A DNA stretch of 64,000 nucleotides from an uncultured Planctomycetaceae bacterium (GTDB lineage: Bacteria > Planctomycetota > Phycisphaerae > Sedimentisphaerales > UBA12454): the NCBI GenBank assembly GCA_964619675.1, contig CAZUEO010000004.1, positions 43,411 to 107,410 of the forward strand, written 5' to 3'. Numbering within the stretch: position 1 is the stretch's first letter; each line of letters starts with the position of its first letter. Position numbers and translations under genes: made by a program. This document shows positions 1-9,438 of this stretch, piece after piece. The notes under the pieces are model-generated. The model was not told the DNA's origin. It made no database searches and saw only the letters and a list, made by a program, of their open reading frames with translations.

Positions 1-2
1 AT

Positions 3-1829
3 GTTCCAAAACAGGATGCAAACTTGCAGCCGGGGTTATACAAAGGCAGCATAATAATTAAGGAAAATGAAAACATTAGAAAAATTGTACCCATTGAGCT
101 TACTATATATGACTTTTCCTTAGAACGGCCGGGTAATCTCAATCCTGTTTATCATGATCCTTTTACCAAAGCCTATTCGAATGATATGAATACAGTTTTC
201 GATGCTTACGTTGAGACGGGGTTCGACCCATTCTTCTTTTCTGAGAAGTACCGCATTTTAGCTACTAGAGATATAAATGATTCTAATGAAATTATCGACC
301 CCAATAATATCATATTCAACACAGAGCTTTTTGAAGAAGCTCTTGATAGAGTGATAGAAGAGCAATTTGTAAAAGATTTGGTGTTTATATGGATACCATG
401 GGAATTGACAAGTGAAATTCGTAGTTTAGTAGTGCCCTCTACAGTTAGTGGATTGTGGAACCAATGTAGTGATCCGAATTTTGTTATTGCATTTGGGTTA
501 CTTATCGAAAAATATAAAGAGATTGGCAATTCAAGGAATATTAGTTTTGTTTTTAATGTTAATGACGAACCAGGTTATAATGTTTATTTTAGAATTGAAG
601 CAGACCGTTTGTATCATATCATAAAAGACGCCAATAGCCTGACCTACTCTAGTTACATTCCCAATTGCGATAATGCCCTGAATCCGGGAAGTTTCTACGT
701 AGGAACGAGCGATGGTAATATACCCCCGCTGACCAACCTTGTTGACTATAAAGCTTGGTATCTCCCTCGAGCTGATGAAGGATATTGCAAACATAATGAT
801 TTTAACGACCCTAATTATCACGGGGTCTTTGGATACTATACTACGTTCTTTTCCAGTCTCAGGAACCCTATATACAATAGATTCTTACACGGTTATTTTG
901 CTTTTGGTACTGATGCTAAAGTTGTAGCTGGGTACGCTATGGGAGATTATGTAAGTGACCCTTACAATGATTTTGATGGCTGCATTAATGGGGGAATAAG
1001 CTCTGCTTGGTATTACATGCCTGATTTTATTTACGCTTATCCTACATGGGAGGGAAAATTGCTATTTAGTATCGGTGGTCTGGAGGGTATCAGGGAGGGA
1101 ATAAAGGATTCAAAGTATATTTCTACTTTGCAGAAGCTTATTAAAAAATATCCAAACAACCCCGTATCCATTGAAGCAACGAATTATTTGAACTTGCTTA
1201 AAAGAGACAAAATTGACCCCCACTATATAGATGGATATGTGAGCAAAGCTACAGTGCTTGGGTACTATGGAGAAATATTAAAAAAGATATCAGATCAAAA
1301 TAACCCGGATGATTTTGAGGCGTTTACCAGAATCAGAAAAAATATCGCTGGCTACATTGTGCTGCTAAGCTCGTTAGCATCTGAGCCTAACCCTGCAGAT
1401 GGAGCAGAAGATGTAAATACTTCTGCATCGATTAGCTGGAAGCCCGGAAAAGGTGCTCTTTCGTATGATGTTTACCTTGGAGTTGATTACAATGATGTTA
1501 ATGACGCCAATATAACCTCGCCCCGGTATATGGGCAATTATGATGTTAATAGCTTTGACCCAAATGTGCTTGAATATTACACCACTTACTATTGGCGAAT
1601 TGACAGCGAAAGTGCCGTTGGCAAAGCTAAAGGCAATGTTTGGAGCTTTAGTACTAAGGCTTGTACAGTAGATTTTGAAGACTTTACGGCATTTGCTGAT
1701 TACTGGCTTGAAACCGGTAGCGGTCTGGCTTTTGATTTCGACGATGACAATGACATAGATGCTGCAGACCTGCGATGGTTTACTACTTACTGGCTTAGTT
1801 GCTGTCCAGCCGATTGGCCTTTTGAATAG
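3..1829 (+). CDS. Secreted modular protein, 5'-truncated: DUF4091/GH123-like catalytic region, Ig/FN3-like module and C-terminal dockerin-like domain
   Basis: Frame is open to the window edge (VPKQDANLQPG...). LEGIREGIKDSKY resembles the DUF4091 C-terminal motif. Module ASEPNPADG...TYYWRID...VWSFST. Tail VDFEDFTAFADYWL...DFDDDNDIDAADL. Confidence 0.6.
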   Translation, partial: VPKQDANLQPGLYKGSIIIKENENIRKIVPIELTIYDFSLERPGNLNPVYHDPFTKAYSNDMNTVFDAYVETGFDPFFFSEKYRILATRDINDSNEIIDPNNIIFNTELFEEALDRVIEEQFVKDLVFIWIPWELTSEIRSLVVPSTVSGLWNQCSDPNFVIAFGLLIEKYKEIGNSRNISFVFNVNDEPGYNVYFRIEADRLYHIIKDANSLTYSSYIPNCDNALNPGSFYVGTSDGNIPPLTNLVDYKAWYLPRADEGYCKHNDFNDPNYHGVFGYYTTFFSSLRNPIYNRFLHGYFAFGTDAKVVAGYAMGDYVSDPYNDFDGCINGGISSAWYYMPDFIYAYPTWEGKLLFSIGGLEGIREGIKDSKYISTLQKLIKKYPNNPVSIEATNYLNLLKRDKIDPHYIDGYVSKATVLGYYGEILKKISDQNNPDDFEAFTRIRKNIAGYIVLLSSLASEPNPADGAEDVNTSASISWKPGKGALSYDVYLGVDYNDVNDANITSPRYMGNYDVNSFDPNVLEYYTTYYWRIDSESAVGKAKGNVWSFSTKACTVDFEDFTAFADYWLETGSGLAFDFDDDNDIDAADLRWFTTYWLSCCPADWPFE

Positions 1830-1838
1830 GAGTCAAAA

Positions 1839-4800
1839 ATGAACACGTGCAAATCTGTCAGGATGATTATCTTATCGTTTCTGGTTTTAATTTCCTCTGC
1901 GGCTTTGGCGACGACATATTATGTCGACCCCGGCGGCAGCGATGACGCCAACGGCTTATCGTGGGCAACTGCTTTTGCTACCATCCAGAAAGGAATAAAA
2001 GAAGCCAATGATGGCAATATAAGTGATTATGCGGTTGTATATGTTAATTCCGGGACTTATTTGACGGGCCCTATTCATTTTTACGATAATAATGTAAAAG
2101 TTATTTTTAAGGAAAATGTTGAAGTTCTCGCAAGAAGCAATTACGACCTTAATGAGCCGAATCTTTTCGCAGGTACCACGGCTTGTCTTGTTCAAGCGAT
2201 AAATAAAGAGAATATCATTATTGATGGAAATAATACTGTGCTTCGTATGAGGAAGTCGGAATACACCTCAGGGGAATGGCGAATGGTTATTAATTTGTGG
2301 AACTGCACCAACGTTAGTTTGAAGTCGCTGATATTAAAAGACAGCGGTGGTGATGGCATATACATCGGTCAATACGAAGAAGACGAAGCAATAGCTTGTA
2401 AAGATATAAGTATCGAGAACGTAACCTGTGACAACAATTATCGGAATGGTATTAGTGTAGTAAGCGTTGACGGGTTGACTATTGAAAATTGCGTCATAAA
2501 AAATACCAATGGTGCTCCTGCCGGCCCATGGGCAGGCATTGACTTTGAACCAAATTGGGACTATGAGCTGTTGAAAAACATAAATGTAAGAAATATCCGA
2601 ATGGAGGACAACAAGGGGAGTGGCGTAACGGTAACTGCATGGAGACTTGACTCGGATCCTAATGACATAAGTATAACATGCGAAAATTTATATATAAGGG
2701 GAGGGGACAACGCAGGTATTCAGGTTGTAGGTATAGGTGACAGCAATGACCATAATGGACCTGACGGTTTGATTACATTCAGTAATGTTACAGTAGAGGA
2801 TGCGAATCGGGGAGCCTGGATATGGAAATCTTACAGCAAAGCAGGTCTTGTTTTTAATAATTGCGTATGGAAAAATTCCGCAGAATATGCAGTATTAATA
2901 GATGATCGTTGGTACATTCATCAGCCTGGAGGAGTAGATTTTAATGACTGTCAGGTATTCGAAAATGCGGACCGACCTGCTATAATCTATAGTGGAGGTG
3001 AGGCTATATATGATATTCATGGCGATATTTATGTCCAAAATGACCTTCGCAGCACAAATTTGTATGACTGGAACGGAGCCCAACCCAATGATGTTGATGT
3101 AGATGTCAATTCCGGCATAGCAGATTTCTGCAAGGCTTATAACAGAACACAAAACAGATGGCATGCAACTATTCAGGCGGCAATTGACGATGCGAATAAT
3201 AACGATCTAATTGAAATCCAAAAGTGCACTCACTACGAGAGCATCGATTTTGGCGGCAAGGCGATAACGTTACAAAGTACCGACCCTAATGACTGGGATG
3301 TCGTTGCAGCCACAATCATAGACGCCAATGACTCCGGCGATGCGGTTACATTCAGTAACAGCGAAGACGCCAATTCGGTATTGAGGGGCTTTATAATTCA
3401 AGGAAGCTCTTATAATGGCATAGTTTGCAGTAATGGTGCTACACCCATAATTAAAAATTGCATTGTCAGTGGTGGTAAAGGAATAGATTGCGCTGGTAGT
3501 GGAACTGCTCCAGTCATTTCCAACAACATAGTCAAAGATTGTGATATTGGGATATGGTGCCGTATCATTGCTTCACCGGTTATAAAGAATAATTTAATAT
3601 ATGATAATGGCAATGGGATACTTACATCTGCTGCTGGTGTGGTAGAAATTAAAAATAATACCATAGTAAATAGTGCCAACTGTGGCATACAGGTTCTTGG
3701 CATAGAACCAGTTATAAGCAATTGCATTATTTGGGATTGTAATGATGATTTATACAATTGCAGCGCAACTTACAGTTGTATCGAAGATTCTTTTGATTCC
3801 AACGATCCGAATTTTGTGGGCAGCATCAATAGCAATCCATGTTTTGTAGCTGCGGATGCTAATGATTTCCATTTAATCGGCCTTTCTCCCTGCATCGATA
3901 GCGGCGACCCAAATGAAAATTGTGCTGGCCAGGTGGACATTGACGGCCAAGCCAGGCTCGTAGACGGTCGGGTTGACATGGGTGCAGACGAGAGGCAGGG
4001 ATATGAAACATACGGCATGGAAATAGAATCTGTGTCCCAGGATTCCAACGGGATTACTGTCATAACAACCGGGGCAAGGTATGTTCTAAACGGCACCGGA
4101 ATTAAAATGTATCGCAGAATAGACCCCAATACCAATTCTATAAACGAAAGAGAGGTTGCTGAATTGGCTTTTGATGCCGATATCGGCTCACTGTCCATTG
4201 AGTTTTTCGACACCCGTAGAGCTTTGGTAGATAGCGACAAGGCGACATTTGATTTTCAGTCAGATTCGCTGTTTTTTGTGACCGCCAAGGAAGATGTTAA
4301 TGTTACGCATACCAATCTTATTGCAAATGCTCCGTGGAATGCACCGTTAGACCCAGACGAGAGAGACCTGGACAGGATGTGGACGGACGGTTATGGAGGC
4401 TCGCTGCTTGCAAGTATATCGCAGGCAACCGCCGGTTCTGTTATATCTGAGGACGTAGATTTTACTACGGTCAGCCTGTTGCCAGGAGATGAAACTGCTC
4501 ATATGGTTTACCCCGCCAAGCCTTTTGACTTCAATGGCCTTTACGGAACAAATGCAAGACCGTTTATGTACTATTTATTTAATACAACTGAAATGAACGA
4601 TTTTGTGAATAATACAAATAATTTTAGACAAAACTTAGTGGATGATGGGTTTGGTGTAATAATGTTGTGGAACGCGGTGTATACAAATTCTCACACACCT
4701 CAACTTTTGGATTCGGATCCTGATATCCTTGGATATAACGTATCGGACCCAAACTATGTTAAGAACATTATAAATGTAGCTCATGCCAATGAATTCAAGA

Positions 4801-5915
4801 TTATCGCTTACCTTCTTGCCCCGGCCCATTCATACTGGGATTATGAAGAACAACATCAAGATATAGCTGTAACCCTGAATTGGATGAAAAATTTCCAGGA
4901 GGAATATGGTTTTGACGGCTGGTATTTTGACAATGCCAATGTCAGCGATGATGTTATCGATGATTATGATTTCATAAGGCAGGTAAGAACCGATATCGGA
5001 ATTAATGGCATCATTTATCATCATGATTCTGTGGATGTCTGGGCTACAGGAACAATTTATGGGGGATATAGCGGTTTGAGAGCAATTATGGTAGATGCCT
5101 ATGCAAACTATGCATTGACTGGAGAGACCGGAACGATAGCAGAAATCGATTACCCTAATGACCCGTACCTTAGATTTTATACTGCCGGTTACGGTTTATC
5201 TCAAGCCTATGCTTCACATAAGAGAAAAAACAACGGTTCTATGTCTTTGTCAGAGGAAGAAAAAAACAGGATTATGGCAGAAAATTTAAATGGTTGTGAA
5301 TGTGGTGAGCGTAGTCGCGAAAATTCATGGATAAACAGCTTCAAGCCTTTTTATGACATCAGAAAGACTGAATATTTAAACGACCCCAATCATTTTGACC
5401 CTGATGTCGATTGGCCTATTGACCCTAATAACGGCTGGTTCAGAATGCCTACAAGCATAAGTGTAACCGATATAAACAGCAACTCAACTACAATTACCTG
5501 GACGACAAATGAAAATTCAGATAGTGAGGTAACGTATACGAGTACTGGTTATTGGTGGGCAAGTTATTATGGAGATCCAAATGCGCCGGATGGAAGCGTG
5601 TCGGATTCTAATCTTGTTACTGAACATAGCATAACATTAACCGGTTTAGATTCAAATACTCCCTATGAATTTAAGATAAGGTCGTCAAATGGACAATCTG
5701 TCGTGAATGAAATTATTTGGGGGTATGTCGGCAGCTTCACTACGAAGACTTGCACGGTCAATTTTGAAGACTTTGCGGCCTTTGCTAACCTCTGGCTTGA
5801 AACCGGTAATGACCTGCCCTTTGATTTCGACGATGACAATGACGTCGATGCCGCGGACCTGAAATGGTTTATTACTTACTGGCTTAGTTGCTGTCCAGCC
5901 GATTGGCCTTTTTAA
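1839..5915 (+). CDS. Large secreted protein: two right-handed beta-helix regions, choice-of-anchor-Q-like segment, putative glycoside-hydrolase-like barrel, FN3-like domain, dockerin-like tail
   Basis: Signal peptide followed by TTYYVDPGGSDDANG. TIQAAID beta-helix starts. SPCIDSGDP...VDMGADE. FDGWYFDN. ITWTTNENSDSEVTY...HSITLTGL. Tail nearly identical to the upstream gene. Confidence 0.65.
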   Translation: MNTCKSVRMIILSFLVLISSAALATTYYVDPGGSDDANGLSWATAFATIQKGIKEANDGNISDYAVVYVNSGTYLTGPIHFYDNNVKVIFKENVEVLARSNYDLNEPNLFAGTTACLVQAINKENIIIDGNNTVLRMRKSEYTSGEWRMVINLWNCTNVSLKSLILKDSGGDGIYIGQYEEDEAIACKDISIENVTCDNNYRNGISVVSVDGLTIENCVIKNTNGAPAGPWAGIDFEPNWDYELLKNINVRNIRMEDNKGSGVTVTAWRLDSDPNDISITCENLYIRGGDNAGIQVVGIGDSNDHNGPDGLITFSNVTVEDANRGAWIWKSYSKAGLVFNNCVWKNSAEYAVLIDDRWYIHQPGGVDFNDCQVFENADRPAIIYSGGEAIYDIHGDIYVQNDLRSTNLYDWNGAQPNDVDVDVNSGIADFCKAYNRTQNRWHATIQAAIDDANNNDLIEIQKCTHYESIDFGGKAITLQSTDPNDWDVVAATIIDANDSGDAVTFSNSEDANSVLRGFIIQGSSYNGIVCSNGATPIIKNCIVSGGKGIDCAGSGTAPVISNNIVKDCDIGIWCRIIASPVIKNNLIYDNGNGILTSAAGVVEIKNNTIVNSANCGIQVLGIEPVISNCIIWDCNDDLYNCSATYSCIEDSFDSNDPNFVGSINSNPCFVAADANDFHLIGLSPCIDSGDPNENCAGQVDIDGQARLVDGRVDMGADERQGYETYGMEIESVSQDSNGITVITTGARYVLNGTGIKMYRRIDPNTNSINEREVAELAFDADIGSLSIEFFDTRRALVDSDKATFDFQSDSLFFVTAKEDVNVTHTNLIANAPWNAPLDPDERDLDRMWTDGYGGSLLASISQATAGSVISEDVDFTTVSLLPGDETAHMVYPAKPFDFNGLYGTNARPFMYYLFNTTEMNDFVNNTNNFRQNLVDDGFGVIMLWNAVYTNSHTPQLLDSDPDILGYNVSDPNYVKNIINVAHANEFKIIAYLLAPAHSYWDYEEQHQDIAVTLNWMKNFQEEYGFDGWYFDNANVSDDVIDDYDFIRQVRTDIGINGIIYHHDSVDVWATGTIYGGYSGLRAIMVDAYANYALTGETGTIAEIDYPNDPYLRFYTAGYGLSQAYASHKRKNNGSMSLSEEEKNRIMAENLNGCECGERSRENSWINSFKPFYDIRKTEYLNDPNHFDPDVDWPIDPNNGWFRMPTSISVTDINSNSTTITWTTNENSDSEVTYTSTGYWWASYYGDPNAPDGSVSDSNLVTEHSITLTGLDSNTPYEFKIRSSNGQSVVNEIIWGYVGSFTTKTCTVNFEDFAAFANLWLETGNDLPFDFDDDNDVDAADLKWFITYWLSCCPADWPF

Positions 5916-5975
5916 ATTTCTTGCCTGAATCGCTTTTCAATCGTAAAATAGCATCTGCCTAAGGGTTAAAAAGGT

Positions 5976-6971
5976 TTGCAAATGCAGGTTATAGAAACAC
6001 TTGAAAAACTTGATGATAAGCTCAAAGGCTGCTGTCTGACGATAGGCAATTTTGACGGCGTTCATCTGGGCCATAGGAAAATTATTGCCGCTGCCCGGCA
6101 AATCAGTGAAAAATTCGGCAATTGTCCCGCTATCGCTATGACTTTTGACCCGCATCCGGTGGCTATTCTGCACCCGGAAAAAAGCCCTCAGGTTTTAACG
6201 CCTCTGCCGTTGAAGAAGGCCCTGCTCGAAGCAGCAGGCATTGATTATCTGATTATTCTTAAGGATAGTTACGAGCTTTTGACGCTGTCGCCGGCCGATT
6301 TCGTTGATGATTTTTTGAAGGAAACTATTGCTCCAAAGGTTGTAATTGAAGGCGACGATTTCCATTTCGGCTATGGCCGAAGCGGTAATGCCCAACTTCT
6401 CCAGCAGCTTGGAAAACGGCTCGGCTTTGAGGTTGTCATTATTGAGCCTGAGGAAATAAATCTTGATGGCAGTCCTGCGAGGATTTCAAGCACGTTAATT
6501 CGGCATTTATTGCAGGCCGGCAAGGTTGCCGTTGCTGCGAAGGCTCTTGGCAGGCCGTATCGTCTTGTGGACAGGGTTTCCAAAGGCAGGGGCATAGGCA
6601 CTCATCTTGGTTTTCCGACTGCCAATATCGAGCCTCAGGGGCAGATTATTCCTGCCGAAGGCGTTTATGCTGGTTTCGTCTCTGTTGCTAATAATATTGA
6701 AAAATTATGTGTATTAAGTCAGAAAATTCCTGCCGTTTTTAGTCTTGGCAGAGCAAAGACGTTTATTTCCGCTCATCCTTTACTGATTGAAGCTCACATA
6801 CTCGATGACAAAGTTGGAGATTTGTATAATAAATATTTAGCGATGGATTTTGTTGATTTTATCCGTCATCAGCAGCGTTTTGAAACCGAAGAGGAACTGA
6901 AAAAACAGATTGCAGAAGACTGTAAGAAGGCAAAAGGTGCATTAGGAACTCACAGGAGGGATTTTCCTTGA
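5976..6971 (+). CDS. ribF: Bifunctional riboflavin kinase/FAD synthetase
   Basis: TIGNFDGVHLGH, FHFG, ISST, GRGIGTHLGFPTAN and IEAHILD motifs. Confidence 0.96.
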   Translation: MQMQVIETLEKLDDKLKGCCLTIGNFDGVHLGHRKIIAAARQISEKFGNCPAIAMTFDPHPVAILHPEKSPQVLTPLPLKKALLEAAGIDYLIILKDSYELLTLSPADFVDDFLKETIAPKVVIEGDDFHFGYGRSGNAQLLQQLGKRLGFEVVIIEPEEINLDGSPARISSTLIRHLLQAGKVAVAAKALGRPYRLVDRVSKGRGIGTHLGFPTANIEPQGQIIPAEGVYAGFVSVANNIEKLCVLSQKIPAVFSLGRAKTFISAHPLLIEAHILDDKVGDLYNKYLAMDFVDFIRHQQRFETEEELKKQIAEDCKKAKGALGTHRRDFP

Positions 6972-7666
6972 GGGTAACACAAAATCATAGGAGTGACGGC
7001 TATATTTTGTTGTTGATGCTTTTGGCAGTTATATTATTAGGCATGTTTTTTTCCTATAAAGCGTGGAGAGGTCACGGAGTAAAAACCCAGACCGGTCAGG
7101 AATTGAAAAATCCTCCCTGGCGGCAGTGGAAAAATATCCGGAAATGCCTTGCTCGCGGCGGTTTTGGAAAACCTGATTCGCAGCAGCCTCAAATTGCCGA
7201 AATCATTGGATTAAGAGAGAATCTTTTTGAAGGTCAGGATGAAAGAGGAACGATTGTATTAATGTTTTATCCCGATTATACTATTAAGGGAACTTGGCAG
7301 GGCACTTTCTTCATAGACCCCAATAGGAGCAGGGAGTTTCAACTGGCGGACTGTGAAATTAAAGGTTATTTAATACCTGATGAGACTGATGTAGGTGTGG
7401 CCAAAAAGACTGAGCCCGGAAAAATTTACTTTCTTTCAAAGGGTTTTTTTATGCTGGTTGATTACAATAGCCAAACCCGTAAAACGAATAAGTTAACGGG
7501 TGATCTTTACGTGTCCGGCTGGCTTTTGCCCGATTTATCGATTCAGCAGGGTCAGGCGGTTATGACTTCTGATAAGGAGCATTTTAAGTTGTTTGATTTC
7601 TCAGGCAAAGCTGAAAAAATGGATATTAATTTAGAGTTGCTTTTTAAGGGATTGCAGCAAAAATAG
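6968..7666 (+). CDS. Hypothetical membrane-anchored/exported protein with a prepilin-like N-terminus
   Basis: 232 aa, TTG start overlapping the ribF stop. Leader ...RSDG|YILLLMLLAVILLGMFF. No recognisable domain after it. Confidence 0.55.
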   Translation: MRVTQNHRSDGYILLLMLLAVILLGMFFSYKAWRGHGVKTQTGQELKNPPWRQWKNIRKCLARGGFGKPDSQQPQIAEIIGLRENLFEGQDERGTIVLMFYPDYTIKGTWQGTFFIDPNRSREFQLADCEIKGYLIPDETDVGVAKKTEPGKIYFLSKGFFMLVDYNSQTRKTNKLTGDLYVSGWLLPDLSIQQGQAVMTSDKEHFKLFDFSGKAEKMDINLELLFKGLQQK

Positions 7667-7745
7667 TCGGATATTTTTGATTTTTAATATTTAATTTCGT
7701 TAAATCAGTGAAATCTGCGTAATCAGCGATTAAAAAAGGAACTAA

Positions 7746-8750
7746 ATGGCTGCAACGGATAATTTTAAAAAAGCGATTGATTTAATTAACAGTACAAACA
7801 ACTGGCTTGTAACCTCTCATACTCGCCCTGACGGCGATGCGGTGGGGTCGGTGAAAAGTTTTTGCGAGATTGCCGGGCAATTGGGCAAAAAGGCGAAGCC
7901 GCTGCTGCTGTCGCCGCCGGCGGAATGGTATAAATTCATATTCGATACGCCAGTGCCGGTGCTCGGAAATGATGTAAAACTTGAAGAACTGCAATCCGGC
8001 AAATTCGGTAAATTTGACCTTGTAGTGATTGTCGATACAAATAGCTATGTTCAGCTTGCCGAGTTCGATAAATGGCTCAAAGTTTCAAAAATACCCGTGC
8101 TCGTTATCGACCACCACCTTACAGGAGACGGTTTAGGCACCGTTGAAGTTATTGATTCAACTGCGGCAGCGACCGGCGAAATAATCCTCGACCTGCTCAA
8201 ATTCACCGGCTGGAAAATCACACCAGCCATCGCTGAAGCACTCTATGTTGCCCTGTCAACTGATACAGGATGGTTTAGATTCGATAATACCGATGCCAGA
8301 GTAATGCGCAACGCCTCAATACTTATCGAATTCGGAGCGAAACCTGCTGAAATTTATCGCAAGATGTATCAAAATTATTCGCCTGCCAGACTCAAACTCC
8401 TCGGCAAAATGCTTGAAAACCTCCAGCTTTACCACGAGAATAAAATTGCCCTGATGTTTATTATGCGCAGCGACTTTGATTCAACAGGTGCTACGGGAAC
8501 GGATACCGAAGATTTCGTAAACGAATCACAACGTATCAGGTCGGTGGAGGCATCGGCGTTGTTTGTGGAGCTGAAAGACGGTGGTTTCCGCTGCTCGCTG
8601 CGCAGCAATGGCAGTGTCGATGTCCGTAAAATCGCGCAAAAATTCGGCGGCGGAGGTCATAAAGTGGCCGCAGGCGTAAACCTTAAAGGCCCGCTTCAAG
8701 CGGCAAAAAAAATGATTCTCGATGAAATTGAAAAACAAATGGCTTCTTAA
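7746..8750 (+). CDS. nrnA: DHH/DHHA1 bifunctional oligoribonuclease/PAP phosphatase
   Basis: HTRPDGDAVGS, IDHH, TDTGWF, SLRS and FGGGGHKVAAG motifs. Confidence 0.93.
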   Translation: MAATDNFKKAIDLINSTNNWLVTSHTRPDGDAVGSVKSFCEIAGQLGKKAKPLLLSPPAEWYKFIFDTPVPVLGNDVKLEELQSGKFGKFDLVVIVDTNSYVQLAEFDKWLKVSKIPVLVIDHHLTGDGLGTVEVIDSTAAATGEIILDLLKFTGWKITPAIAEALYVALSTDTGWFRFDNTDARVMRNASILIEFGAKPAEIYRKMYQNYSPARLKLLGKMLENLQLYHENKIALMFIMRSDFDSTGATGTDTEDFVNESQRIRSVEASALFVELKDGGFRCSLRSNGSVDVRKIAQKFGGGGHKVAAGVNLKGPLQAAKKMILDEIEKQMAS

Positions 8751-9330
8751 CCACAGATTACACGGATTTTTTCAGACACGGATTAACACGGGATTTACGC
8801 GGATTTTTTCAATAACTAAAGAATGATAGGGTCATTTTAAAATCCTGCCAACCCCCCCTAAAAAGGGGTACTTTTAGGGTCAAACAGAAGAGATCTCGGG
8901 GGACCCCCCTCTAAAGCAGGGTCAAATTAAAAATTGAAGATTTTACATTGAAAATTGAAGATTTAGTCCTGCGTCATTGGGTTGCGGTTGCGCTGCTCGT
9001 TTCGTATTACGTAAGACGGTTACGTATAAATTTTAAACGCTGATTAAGCAGTATATGGTATATGGTATTTGGTATATGGCATTTAGCGGAATATCAAAAA
9101 TCAAAAATTAAAATGCAAAATTGTGGAGTTCGGCCTTTGGCCGAGACCTTGTTTTTATATTTATTCACCACAGAGCTCACGAAGGACACGAAGAAGTCCA
9201 GAGTATTTGGCATTTAGTATATGGTATTTGGTGAAAGGAACCGCCTGCGGCGGACTAAAGAAAAATGCAGTTGCCGCCGGAGGCGGGGAAGTTTTTTAGC
9301 CATAAATCACGCAGATTTAGCCTCCTTTAT
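8749..9330. repeat. Mosaic of short repeat elements (9-bp CACGGATT-type units, CCCCC/GGGG hairpins, 7-bp arrays, CCGCC-N3-GGCGG hairpins)
   Basis: cacagatta/cacggattt/cacggatta (8752-8815). ccccccctaaaaagggg and cccccctctaaagcaggg. (aaattga)n. tatatgg/tatttgg arrays at 9052 and 9204. Hairpins at 9131, 9241 and 9274. Confidence 0.8.
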
Positions 9331-9438
9331 CATTCAATATTCATTATTTTTGCAGCGAAAAAGGCTTGCATTTTCAGGATGGTCCAGGTATCCTCTTATA
9401 GTCAAGTTTCGTAGGAGTTTAAATAATATAATGAGGAC

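Noticed and set aside
1651-5915. Diversity-generating retroelement TR/VR pair (duplicated tails; also considered for the two pilins)
   Set aside because: Both copies are coding, mismatches are not adenine-specific and are largely synonymous, and there is no reverse transcriptase in the window.
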